A stretch of 64,000 nt of DNA from Raillietiella orientalis (lineage: Eukaryota): positions 1,488,001-1,552,000 of the forward strand of contig JAYWIR010000037.1 in assembly GCA_036172245.1 (NCBI GenBank). Reading direction: 5' to 3'. Both the position numbers and the translations under genes were made by a program. Of this stretch, positions 35,571-48,799 are shown in pieces. The notes beneath the pieces were generated by a model. It made no database searches and was not told the DNA's origin. It saw only the letters and a list, made by a program, of their open reading frames with translations. The first letter of the stretch is position 1. Each line of letters starts with the position of its first letter.

Positions 35571-36949
35571 ATATCAAACTCTTGTATTTGAAAAACTTGA
35601 TTGCATTACGTCATATGGGAAATCTACATGGTTGAGGCTTGGATGGTGATCACTGCAGTGTAGAAAGCGGTAGACTTATTGGTATTGCTTTCGAAACGGA
35701 GCACAGTGAGTTCCAAGGAAAACTCCTGGTGTGCTTTTAAGCAGAGACGTGTCGATGCTCGTGGAAAATCCCTTGAACAAGTTGGGCATCGAATACGCAA
35801 AACACCGGGTGTCTCGCTTCTTTAGTGCTCTTCCCTGAATTTACTGAAAGTGTGGTACGTTTTTGAACTTTCGCAATTCTCTTCGTGAGCGAATCACTGG
35901 GGAGTCGTCGTGATTGATCTTCCTAGTTTAATTTTCCTCGATCGTTATGATCTGAATATTCCTGAAATCACAGTTGATTGTCACACTCATATTTGAGAAA
36001 CTGGACAATCTATCATGAAGAACCCTCCTTTCAATAATGCTGACAGTAATGAGTTTGTTTCTTCATGTGTGCATCATTCGATTACAGTTTCATTAGATGC
36101 CATAGGATGGCAGAGGTAATGATGGCTATGCGAGATGCGAATATCGAATCAGCTTTCTCGTGAGATGAAGATGCAATTTCCTCTGAGCACTACAGACATC
36201 CTCCACTTTCAGAGCAAAAATGAACTGCGCTAGGAGAAAGACCACAATGTAAAACATTGTGTTTAAGCGTTTAATCTCCAATGACTGAGTGTGGAGCTCG
36301 AACTCAGCTCCCTGGTCTGTAGACTGTAAGTTATTACGGACTGTTTACCGCTTTTCGCATTGCATACATGTGTGCATTTTGATAGGATGCAAGTCTTCGT
36401 AATCTTATAGGATCTGTTTCTTTGTGTGTTTTTTGTTCATTTTAAAATAAGGGCTCCTTCAGCGTATTTTTTTGCAATTTTATTGGCTAATTTTATAAGC
36501 AATAGTGTGATGAGAACATAGGTGTTTTTTTGCTGGCAGAGATGGTGAAATGAAGTCATGATTTGACCCAGGGAAGGAATTTCATGGTAACTATAAGCTG
36601 ACAAGGCATAGGAATCTCATGAAAAGAAGACTTCAAGCTTTTATTGCAGAGTACACTTTCGCATAGCTTTTAATTCAATGTCGTTTGAGCAAGGTTCATT
36701 CATCTGAGCTGAAATTCTGCTTTCATCGATTACTTTCAACATAACGGGGACATCAGTCAGTAGATTGCGTGCATCTGAAACCTGGAAGTGTGATAGACTG
36801 ATTCCAGTGGAAGGAGCAACTTCTAGAAAATTCATCAGGACGGCGTTTCGAACTCAGTCTGTTTCGGTTGGAATTTATGATGATTCCAGCAAGAGAAGGG
36901 AGCAGATAAAGTCCAAGCAGGAAGTTTAAGCTGCCAAGCAGTAAGGAAT

Positions 36950-37800
36950 TTCGGCCACTAACAGTGATAGCAGCGACTCTCAGAGAATCGTGTTAATTGA
37001 GAGAAGCAGAAATCAGAAGCGTCCAATACGGTGTGAGCGCATCTTCCGGAAGCCCTTGATGCAAATGACTAAAAAAGGAAACTGCGTTGGGTACTCGAAA
37101 GCATCACTGGAGCGTGAAACTCTGGAAATAGAGTGTAATCAAAGCTCATATGATGTGAGAGTGAAGGCAGAGAGGAAACCGGCCACTGGAAAGGCCTCTT
37201 GAGGAGGAATACTGCTCGACTCAAAGAGGGAAAAATTCCTTGAACAGAAGGCACGATTTGGATCTAAAAATCTTATTTGTAAATGGGAATCACGGCAAGC
37301 TTTGCGGATAAATCTCAGGAAAATCTAAGCGATCGGTATTAAAAGACAAGGAGCACAAAGCTGATAACAGAAAACCAAGATCCTCGAATACTTGATCGCA
37401 TCATTAAAATGATAGTGATCTCGGCTCACCTCTTCCCAATAAGGCGAATTGTTATTGATCACGCTTTGGTCTCAGCAGCGAACCTTTTCTGGAAACACAG
37501 CGTTTTACCAGCGCGTTTATTCCACATTGGCAGCCCGGCGAGCATCCCTGTAACAAGAAATCTATATATCTGATTCTCCCTAAGACTCGGAGTCCTTATG
37601 AGGAAAATCATGATTAGAGAGTTCGTTTTATCTTCCGAGATGAAGGGAAGAATTTGATCCGCAAAATGGGAAAATCAATCCAAGAACTAGGGAAGCGGAA
37701 ATCCAGGTCCAAGATTTCCACATTGGAGCTCCCTGGAAGGTAGGAAAAACGCATTGAGAGATTCCTTCTTTATCGGCTATGATAGGGGAAAATTGTATGT
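36950..37800 (+). mobile_element. Possible very old L1/Tx1-like APE-RT remnant
   Basis: Only faint VIA.D (~36965) and EI...KxPGP-like (~37555-37600) patches. Confidence 0.25.
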
Positions 37801-38066
37801 GAGAACCAAAAGTTATTGCACATCCACTGTTTTTCAATTTTCATAAGAGGGCAGTAAATGATTCGGTAATATCAAGTTGAGATTGTGGAGAGTTTAAATG
37901 ATGGTTGCTTTCATCCTTTCCTTCTTCGTTTTGAATGCTGTATGAAATCGTTAATTAGTTGACAGGAAGAAAATGATCAGTCCGTTCCTTATTTGTCATG
38001 TTTGAATTTGTCCATTACACGAGGGAAAATCTCTTTCCTTCAATAAATTGGAGCGTACAAAGAGAA

Positions 38067-38107
38067 AATTGCAGACTGCCAAATGCAGTCTGCAATTCAG
38101 TCTGCAA
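38067..38107. repeat. Perfect 13 bp hairpin followed by a tandem copy of part of one arm
   Basis: AATTGCAGACTGC-caaat-GCAGTCTGCAATT followed by CAGTCTGCAA. Confidence 0.9.
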
Positions 38108-39899
38108 AAATCAGGGTGACCCCCTGTCAGCATGTTCAGAGAAATCCGTCAATTCCTGAAGCCTAACAGGTAAACTTTGGAGATTTCCTGATTTCATTTC
38201 CCAGAATACATTACGTTGTAATGGCATGCAGTGGTATTTATTAACTTAACGCTCACCTTGCGCTGACACGTGGGTAGGCGGCATGGAAATGAAGATTTAT
38301 GTGAGGGAAAATTTATCGATTTTCCTGAATGAAATCACCGTTTGTTCCGCAGGAGTCTACTTTGAACTCAAATTCCTGTGAACACATTGAACAAGGCAGA
38401 ACATCGGGAACATCTATCTGCACCGCTTTTGCGTTCACGTCCGCGCGCAGAGGTGCCGAAAAGCTTCATTTCGCTTTCCTTATGCCGAAGTAGAAGCATT
38501 CACTCTGAGCAGCAAAAGTGTGTTCCATTTTATCCCTTCCCAAGGTGGAGACACACATCGTCTGATGACTCTCGAGGAACAATACGCTGTCGTTGAGGTT
38601 GCACCAGCTTCACTGGAGTTTGTGCCTGACGAAAGATTGACCTGACCATTCGATTCAAGCAAGCGTTGAACACTTTCTCGTCTTCTCATGCCCTCTCAGA
38701 CAGTGGCAAATTCCATCAATGCTCACAGAATCCCTTGAAACAATAATTATTTTGGAATAGATCCAAAGGAGTAGTAACTTCAGCAACAGCTCATTAATGA
38801 AAGCCAAAGTTCTGATTCCAAAAAAAGCGGAGAACTACGACTTTATCCTAAATGAAATGACATTCTTTCCTAGATACACACTCGACGCTCCTTTTTTGTC
38901 CCTCCTGCACTCCAATTTATCCGATAATTTTTCAGAAAATCCTTTCAGGCGATTCTTTTCTTTTTCCCTTTTGACCTCCAAGTTCATCTTGAGTTTTCGC
39001 TCATCTGATCTTGCGACACGGAGCGTCTTCGGGAGAGAATGTGAGTCACTGTTCAGTTAGTTCCCCACAGGATGATTCCGTGTGAAGTTATGGTCCGGCT
39101 GCATGAATGGACGTGATCTGCTGCTGCAGACGAAGCAAAACATATCTTGCGTTGCACAGTCAGTTTTAACAACAGAGTTTTTTCTTTCAAAACAAGAGCC
39201 ACCGCCCTTTCAAATTCTACTTCATGCTAATTCACAGCTTGCTCCTCAATAAACATAACTGTACGGAATGCATGGATTCGTAGTGTGCTCTTCCATTTTT
39301 TTTTTTGGTCGTCAGTTTGTGATCCCAGCTTGGAGATCATGCATTTCCGTCATAGTCATATCTGATGCAATTTGCATTAGCTGCTTGGAGACAAAAATAT
39401 TTTCTCCAAATGCAGCAATGTGGTTGTGAATGGACCAGTTCCTGTGTCTTCGGTTCTTCCTTTCTTTCATGAACCAAGTATCTTTCAGCTGTTAGGACTT
39501 AGAGTAAATGTCAGAACATGGTTTTTTGCTTTGAAATCCACTTTTTCCACGTTAGCACATGTGTGACTGATTCGTTCTCGTCAATTCTACCCGTCATTCT
39601 GACTGGAATCAAGAAATCCTCATTCTGATGAAAACAGTGAAAAAGTTTTTTCTCATGTAGTAAGGAGACGTAACTAGCTGGGCGGCTTTGAGTCATATGG
39701 CGCCCACTATAAACCTTATCGCAGATCCTTTTGGAGAACTCGCGCATTCTTTTGTACAGAACAGCAAGTAGAAATCAATTGCTGAGCACAGCACTGTGAA
39801 ATTCACCCTTCATTTTTTCATCTTACCATTTCATTCACTTTGCTACCAATGCGGCCAAAGTACCTGCATGTAGTCTCGGGGGTATTACTTCTGCAGGTT

Positions 39900-42800
39900 G
39901 TAGGGAACCGAGGACGAAATTGCAGGAAGCACGCCCTGTGACTACAGACACAGGGAATCCCTGGAATCCATGAAAGGAGAGTCCCGCAAAAAAGGGAAAA
40001 AAGGAAACAAGGAGGAAATTGCCACCGTGGACGCAGAATTCTTCCTGCCGGAAAGAAATGTGAGGGAGCAGAGGAGGACGAAGAAACACCCAGAGCTCCC
40101 AGCCTCGCAAGTGCCTTCGGGAAGGGTGGTAGCACGTTAAAGTCTACGGGCAACAAATTGCGAAACTCGACGAAGACATAACAGAAAAAATGAGCAAGGA
40201 AATACACCGAATTCACGAAGTGCCGAACGCAATAACCGTCGTCAAGAGCCATCTCGAGCTGGAAAGACTATCAAATGCCGTAAAGAAAGGCACAAAACTC
40301 TATCAGACAAAGGAGGCCAAAATATGTGGTTACAGAAGGGGCGAACAAACCACAGAGAATGCCAAGTCCAACAGCAACATGGAGATCGAACAAGCCATGA
40401 AATCTGCACAACCTTTTGCGTGCAGAAAAGGGAAAGTCATCACGTAAAGCACGATGGTCTTCTTCCTGTCAACAACCAGGAGCGTAGGGATTGCCGCCTG
40501 GAACATCAGTGGGTATTCGAATCCGGTAGACGCAAGCGGACCTGCAGGGAACATGCCGGTTATCCAAAATGATCACGTGCAGACGGTTTTCAATGTCCTC
40601 TATGAAAAGGACACGCTCAGTCGGCTTATGGCCTGCTCTGAGTCATCTGAATCTCAACTCCTACGAGAGTCTCCAATACTCTTCGATTCCTTGGGTATCC
40701 AAGGATCGCCTGGTTGTGTGCTGAGTGCCCACATCACGCACGACAACGACAATGTTTACTGGAGTGGTTTTTCTTTGCAGAAGATTCCGCATAGCCTTCG
40801 GGTGTGGTCTTTGCTCGTTTTCCAGAAACGTGTGAATACTTCCGGACCAGGATATACTAACTTCAGTTGTGCAGTCCTCTCGGGCTACGGACGTCTCGAG
40901 GACGGTGTGTGATAACTTGCTTTCAACTAACATCACGTCGCCTGCAGCCAAGAGACCCATGACACGGCTGAAAACTTCGGACAGGAGCTCCAAAAGCCCA
41001 ATTGCTTGCCAAAGGCGGCACCATAACCTAAAGGAGTGGTGGTTATGGGGAATAGCAAATTGATATTCTGCAAACCCTTCGTGGGAAAGCAAATGAGAGT
41101 TATCGCGATGGAATAATCGGAAATTTCACCGTTCACGAATCCGGAACGGAGCATTCACTTAACTATGGGAAGATGTGTCAGCAGGAGCTGGTGGTGTGCC
41201 CATCTTGCACTGTTAGTGTTACTTGCATTCCCGCCTAGCCGACTTCCAGAAACCGACACCCTGTATTCGAGAGGGACAACTTCCGGCTTTCGTTTTTCAT
41301 CAGAGCAAGATGAGGTTACTGCTGGAAGAAAGGGATCTGACTCAGATCACTCAATGCAGGCCAGTCTTCACTTTCAACAAAGCCCAAAGTGCTTTGCAAA
41401 AATCTGGACCAACCGTTTGCAAACGATCAAGTCCAAGGTCATCTATCTCTTCAGCGAGAATCGCTCGGTGGCCGAACGTCTGACAATGACGAGAGTGCCG
41501 AAGCAGCCATCGTTTACAACGGATACCTGGACAATAGCCTGGTTCCAGTCCTCAAGAGAATGGAGAATTTGGATCACTTTGGATCATCAGGATCCTGAGA
41601 AAACAAGAGCTTCTAAGACTGTTCTGTTATTATCTGAAAGAAGCCGTCTAAGGAATCCAAATGAACGGACGGGCGGCAAAAACCATCCGGATGGAAGACA
41701 TCCAGAGTTTTTATGAGGAGTACGTCCAGGACATTTCACCATTCGTGACGCACATGGAATCGGTGTCGATTCACCGCGGAGGACTCCTGCAAGGCATAAA
41801 AATAAATGAAGAGCGACTGATCCACCTGACATTCGCCAATGGGTTTCTTTCCCTCATGAAGGACAAAGGGATAAGGTTAGATGTCCCGAACGATCAAAAC
41901 AAATATATCTGTTCCAAGAATATTACTGTGAATAATATGAACATTTATAAATATGAATAACTGCGCATGCTCGTGTTTACTATGCAATGCTTAACTAAGC
42001 ATATTTAAATAAATTTGTATATTTATATAGAATAAGCATTTGTATGATCCTTCGGGATTTTGATACTGGAACTCTCCTGAAACTGGTAGATCCATCGTGT
42101 ACGCTTTGGCCTTGGTGATCCATGCCAGCAAATCTAAACTCCACAGAGGATCCTGAATGTCTCCGCATCAACAGAGAAGAGATTCGGAGTCTCGGAAATC
42201 GTGGATTAGCAGGAAATACCTGGGCCGCTTCGTCCTATTTCATAAGTCTTCCCGGTGGAAACTCCTCAGCCCTCCACCATCAGCGATATGTAATTCTGTA
42301 ATCACACTCCACACTCCACAATCTGCCGGATCACGTCAGTGGGATGAAATCCCAGGAAAGGCAGAGAAGCGGATGAGCGCAGCCAGTCCGAGCTCAGCAT
42401 CAAGCAGTGGACCAACTTGTGGAACAATCCCCAGGGTACTCCCTGGAGCGTGCTCTTACGTGCTAAAGCAAAAATCGAAAGTAGCGACGGAGGGGATTCT
42501 GCGGAAACCCTTGTTGAGGTACCATTTGCTACGACTTAATCTCAGTAGAGATGAAATACCTAGGTTTACTCAGAAAGGAATATGGCAAAACGATAGAGAG
42601 GATGGAATGCACGATGCAACTGCTAAACGCCAAGACAGACTCTGGAAGCCCACGGACAAATGCGCCTAGTATCCTACAATCTATGCTCACAGAGTCTACT
42701 CGAAGCTGACCTCCAGATTGAGTGGTCATCAGTCAGCTCAAATAGCCGTCCACGACCAGCAGTGAAGGAGGAAACAGAAGCAGGTAAACATCTACCGCCG

Positions 42801-43230
42801 GAAATGGTTCCCCAGAGCAAAAAGCTTTAGGACGGTGGACTAGCCCTGGAGATTTCGTACTTCCAGCCCAGTCCATGGGAAACGGGACAGATCATCAGTG
42901 GACCGTTTAAGGAGGAAGGAATCGTAATTATACCTTTGTGCAGTCCAATGGTAAGCACGGCCAATACCTTCCTCAGAGCGCCCATTTGGATAAGAAGAAC
43001 GAAAATCCTAAAGGGAGAACTGTAGAGGCCATGGACAATGAAATGGGCCGGCTGATGGCACATAGAACTGTAGTAGGTTTCCCATATGGCCACATCTTCA
43101 CATCCTGAAGAAGGTATATGCTTACGCTAATGCACGAAGTACGGCCGCAACCCCAAATGAGAGGGATTCTACTAACGGAAGTCTGCGAGCTGCTTAGGAA
43201 GGAACTTTGAAACAAAGTGATTGTTCAGTG
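39900..43230 (+). mobile_element. Family B near full-length but decayed L1/Tx1-like element (ORF1-like part, APE, RT, C-terminus)
   Basis: IAAWNISG (APE start, ~40490), SDH (~41342), KCFAKIWTNRL (RT), NGRAAKTI...LQGIKINEERLIHLTFANG (YADD region, ORF 41661), and PFKEEG..IPLCSPMV (~42903) matching the family B C-terminus. Confidence 0.8.
41884..42057. mobile_element. Small AT-rich MITE-like insertion inside the family B RT
   Basis: Terminal inverted repeats TCCCGAACGATCA (41884-41896) and TGATCCTTCGGGA (42045-42057), 12/13 match, extending inward to ACAAAT. The interior is abruptly AT-rich. Confidence 0.6.
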
Positions 43231-45899
43231 TGTCATTTCTGTTTTACTTTTGCACATGAAATGCGGATTGCCTCCCATTAAATGGATTCAATCCACTCCT
43301 TATAAAAGAAAATTAGCATCAGTGGGTATTTGTGTGTCCTGTAATTTTGGTCCGATTAGCCAAAATCAAGCGTAAGCAGGACAGGCTGGCATGGGTGAAT
43401 AGAATTTTATCCACCCGTCCACCCCATTTCGGGGTCCTGAGATGAATTTGCTCTTATCAGTATACCATTTGACGCATCACGATCTAGTAAGTAGCCACTT
43501 GAGCAAGTAGAATAATGGATGAACAAGAACATCAGTTAAGCAGTAATGGGTACAGGAGTTTGGCTACAAGGAACCTATCACCTACAGGCTATTTCCCTCC
43601 ACCTTTATAAGTAGGAAATACCATCAAGGAACATGTTTTCACAGCAGAAATCGGTGAACGCAAATTTGTGATACTTTCACATTTCAATGGGAGCTTCATA
43701 TCTTCTCGATGAGAGGTGACAGATGTCAGTTCAGTGAATAGTAGATATCTTTTCCCTTAAATTGAGCTTCAAGGAGATTGCAGGAATGTGAAAACTTCCA
43801 TTTCTGTAAATAGGGACTACATAATCTCGTGTGTAACACGGATAAAACTTTATTCGAATGATGGCTGCATCTGGTTTCTGCTGAACTGAGAAAACTTTGC
43901 TGTTGTCGTTGAAGATGTAACTTTCACGGATCACAATCTGCAGTGTGATTCGCTGCATAGTGTCACGGAAGAATTTAATTAGTTTCAGCTTTAAATTCAG
44001 TTGCATCTCATGATGCATTCTGGAATTCAAGACATCTTTAAAAACGTCTTAAGTTTGGGCTTCCTTTCCTATGAATTTTCATTTTTTTCTCCCGATCGGT
44101 TACTCCTATAGAAACACCACGGTTACGAAATCTTCAAAAGAGGAACTGTCGGGTTCTCAGTGTCAGAAAAGTTTGCAGTGATGGCTGCATGCAATCATTT
44201 CGAAATGCACGTTCCTCATGCTTTCCTTGTGGATTTCTCTTTGCAAAATGCTCACCTGTAAGCAGCAAGACGAAATAGTTTGCACCCAGTGAAATTTAGT
44301 TGGTAAGCACACAGACGGTACACCCAGAATCTGTAAACTTTGCTCATCTATTATAGCTGTAGCGTGTGTTTAGTTCAGAGTGGCCTGTATTGGAATAAGC
44401 AGGCTAATAGTAAACAGAACAAGAAAACGGATTGAATCTTCATCTGCAAGATATAATGACAGATGAACAGTGAGTCACTGATGTGATGAATCACTAGCTG
44501 TTTTCATGCAAAATCTTTGCTGATTTTGCTTTGTATGAGCACCTGAAAGTCCAAACGGCAAAGGATTCAGAAGGTGTAGCAGGAAATGTCATCAGTTTAT
44601 GATGAACATGATGATCCGTGAAGCACGTCATTGAAATTTACATATCGAATCTTTCAATGAGACGTTTCACAGTGCGTACCACCGGCACAGACGCACACGT
44701 GGCACCGAACACCCGCAAACACAGTGCAGTTCTATCATTTCCAAGAAATTTTCCAGACCATTTCACATGGTAACTCTTTGAGATTATTCACCAGGAAGTG
44801 AGCAAATTGCAGAAGCGCTGTTGAAGAAAGGCATCCATGCTTCGAGGAACACTCGGAATTCGTGTGCGGATGAAAAAAAGTATGTGGAAAGCGTGGTTTT
44901 TGGTAACCTTTTGCCAGCTTTTGTTTGCGTATCTTCCGGCTACTCTGATCGCATTTCTTGCTCCCGAAATCTAATCGAACTCAAACGTCTTCTAAAACAC
45001 ACACACAAAAAAGTCAGATCCAAGCTCTAGAGCTTCACTCACACAATGCTAAAAGGACTGTTTAAAGATATCATAGTTGCAATTCTCAGTATTTTGTAAT
45101 TCATCAGGAAGTGCAAATTTATTTTTTTTTTTACTGACAATCCAAGCACCCGTATCCATGCACCTCCGTCGGCTGTTCACAATAAATAAACGTGAGTAAT
45201 TCTGCAAAGGTATAATCTTTGGGATTCAGGGCACCGTGAAGTATACTTGAAGTTAATTCAGATCGACGTATGCCCTCAACAGATTAGCTCTTATATGAGA
45301 TTACAACATGGAATCGCCGGTTAAATATACCTCCACTCTTTTGGACAGGCAGTTTTGTTATCTTATTCTCCGCTAAGTCCATTATCTGAGAAAAGCAGCC
45401 ATAATTCATTTTGAGATGTAGTGAATGCTAATGCTTAAATAAATTACATTAAAACACTGTTTGGAGGCAAATTTAATAGTCTCAGATCACGTAAGTACTT
45501 CCTGAAACATTATTCGCAGAAACAGACACGATAGCACGGTTTTGTAGTAGCATAGGAAACCGAGAATTTGTTTCACGAAATCCAAAAATATAAGAGACGA
45601 AGATCTAAAATTTACTGAGAACTAAATTTTCATTGAGATTTTTGCTGGCGGTAAATTATACATAAAGATTTTATCAACGAATTCATTTCATCTATCAACT
45701 GCACTTTTCATTGCAAGAAATATATGCCTTTCCATTTTCTTTGAAGAATAAAAAACCGGACTGTCTCACAACCTTTCTCAAATTTCTGTTCGTAAATCAG
45801 GAGGTCTTGATGATCCCTTCCGAGTTTTATGACAAAATCGCGACTTTATTCCGGTAGCCATGCAGTTTTAGCTGGAGTTATCAACAATATAGAATTTGC

Positions 45900-46300
45900 A
45901 AACCAATTTACTGATGGGTTGGTGATCATGACAAGCATATGAGTCATCAGCGTCTACTATACTGAAATGGAAGAAGTCAGTACACTGTCTACTGGTGTTC
46001 GACGAAAATGCAGGAATGCACACAAAGCATCCAAGAAACGGCGCATATTGGGAACCTCCGGTGAACCCCATGCATTCTATGGAAACTACGCATCTCGCGT
46101 TCTTGTGATTTCAGATGATAGCATCCATAGTCACGAGCAGAGAAAGAGAAGGAATTCCCAAATAAGCTGTAACGAGAACCTTCAATGAGTAATGGAAGCT
46201 ATAGGAGGAGCTTTGACAATAGAATTAATCTGAGGGAATCCACACAAGAAACATTCACGATGTATAATAGGATATGCTTCCACTGGAGATGTCACCGTGG
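45900..46300 (-). mobile_element. CR1/L2/Jockey-type RT remnant
   Basis: Minus-strand DSLRLILLSKL (~46210-46240), GV(P)xGSQYAPFL (GVPQGS-type, ~46035-46070) and DADDS (YADD, ~45940-45955) occur in order. Confidence 0.55.
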
Positions 46301-48439
46301 GATATGTAACTCTGTAATCCTGCCACTATGAGTATGCAAAGCAGAGAGAATGCTGAGAATGTCGCATGTTTCTTGTTCGCAACGAACATACCACATTAGC
46401 TCGGTGTCACCAGCAGGTTTCAAAAGCAATGGGAACTCGATGGCTAACGGACTTTAAGGACTGACGAAAGCCCGATAATTGGATTCTTGGTACTGCGAGC
46501 ATCCATCCATCTGGATGGAATTTTGTGAAATCGTGATAGGAATACACCTTGAGAACGCATTCGTTTCTGCTCGTCGTTGTGAGATTATGAATGCATTCTA
46601 GTCGTAGGTCTGGCATCGTTTTCTGCAAGGAAAAAGCAAGAAACACTCTGGAGAAATTGGCATCAGTTTGCCATCAGGATCCCATCTGCCTCAAGACAGT
46701 ATGTCTTCGTTTCAGCTCTTCACAGACTTGCTCAGGAGTTCAGAGTTTCAGAGTAAGAATCGAAATGCCAGCCTGTTTCCAGATTCCGTTTCTTCCTCAT
46801 CAACGCTCATCTCAGATAAGTTCTCAGATTTGTGTGAAATGGCCGGTGTAATGACTTTCTGAGAAAACAAGTTTGCAAAAGTGTCTTTCTTGCTGCTGGC
46901 ACGCGCCCGATAAGGCGGCTTGAAATTTCAGCGTCATGTGACCCACTGTTTTGATGGATTACAAGCTTATTTGTCTGATGACACACTGAGGAAAGGATCC
47001 AAAGATCGGAAGTAAGATTCACGTGCAAGAGAAGGAGTGAGAAGAGAACGAGAAAGCAGGCACAGTTTGTTCCCCCAAAAGGAAAGACATACAGCTCAGA
47101 TCCAGCTCTTTGGGTTTTCTGCAAAAAGCACATGGAAGAATGCAGTTTAAGAGAGAACAGAAAAGCGTAATGGATTATCGACATGAAAAGCATGAACAGT
47201 TTGATCAAAGATATCGGATAGGATCATAAAATTGAATCTCTCCTAGGAGATGAAGATACTTATTCGTTATCCACATCCGGAAAAAAAATTGAAAATGCAA
47301 ACTCATTTCGGGCACGTGGAATTATTTCGAAGAGTGATCTTCCTCTTATGTTTGGCCATTCGAGCTATGATTGCATTAAGGCTGAAATCACCTCCGAAGG
47401 TATTTCCACCTATTTGTGTAGGTCTGTTCCGCCAATCCTGGAGGAACAAGTACGTTGCATACGAGAAGTACACCTATTCGCTTTAAATGATTGTGCATTA
47501 CTGCGCAGCATCATAACAGTGACCCTTCGTATTCAAATGTACGTGCTTTCTCATGTTTAACTTACTTCTCAATAAAAATGAAGTTCAGAACGAAGTGATT
47601 CAAGAAAAGAAAAAAAAAACTTCTTGCAAACTAAATAGCATTCGCACGAAAAATGCGCAACTCGACTATCATTCCGAATCAATTTCCTGATGGTCTTTCG
47701 GAGTAATATGGAGCAAACGACTTTTCGAATGTACTGCCAACGGTGAAATTTGACTGTATTCACGAAAAACCATGGCTGTTATGGAAATTTGAGAAATATA
47801 CAAATGCCGGCATCTAACGAAAATTCTGAAGGAAGCTCGGGACAAAGCATCCTCAATCTGGGCTGGAAGGCTTTTCTATGGAACAGCGTATCTTGCAGTG
47901 TGATTGGCAAAATTTATAAGTCCATTCCAAAACTCAGGAAAGAAATTTTTCTAGCCTGACGTGTAACCCATGGGATGAGAAAAGGGAAAATTTTCCTATA
48001 AACAGTGTCTCTTAAAAGTCTGCTTGGATGAACACCTGCAAAGGTTTATTTGGAGACCCGAATGGAGTAAAGTGATTCAAAAGAACGCAACTTTGCAAGA
48101 GACTAAAGGGTGTCGTATTACATCATTGAAATTGTCGAATTAGTCATCATCATGTGTGGAATTGGCTGTGCGATGAATCCTTGCCAAATTCGTTTTCGGT
48201 AACTCCCTGGAACAACCTGCCTTGGCGCTGCGAGTTACTCACATAAGTTCATGCTTAAATATGTTCTTGCGCAGGCACTCAATGGAAATTCAGAGTGCAT
48301 TGCATGGTTGGGCCTTCCATCAGGGCTGCTGCTGCTGTTGACAGAATCAGTTCATCAAAAATTCACTCAAAAGTTCTTTTTGAATTTTATATGGAAGCAG
48401 ATGACATTTCCGTTAGACCATCCCTACAGCCTCAGTCGC

Positions 48440-48706
48440 GAGGAGAGAGCGAGATCGCCGGCATCCATAGCCGGTTCTGAAAGAATGGAACAGCCCAAAC
48501 CAAAGACCCCTGTTCCCTACCCTCCCCATATCTTAATTTCTATTTTTTATATGCGTATTTGTGGTCCCCTCCCTCCCGTTCCGGACTTTCGGTACACCGA
48601 CCTGCGTGTCGGGGATCCCTCCCCTTCGTTTCTTCCGTGTCCTTTGTCCGGGAACTCTGTTCCTGGATAGTTTACTAGTAAATGCCCCGGCGCACCCGGG
48701 TGGCAA
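48440..48706 (+). mobile_element. Family A young 5'-truncated copy (~270 bp, almost only the 3' UTR)
   Basis: Highly similar to 28715-28973. Perfect 14 bp TSD ACAGCCTCAGTCGC at 48426-48439 and 48707-48720. Confidence 0.95.
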
Positions 48707-48799
48707 ACAGCCTCAGTCGCATCCGCATTTGGAATCAGCATGCGAATAAAGCGCACTTTTTTTTTTTGGCCGACAAAAAAGAATAAGTTGATGCTTACT

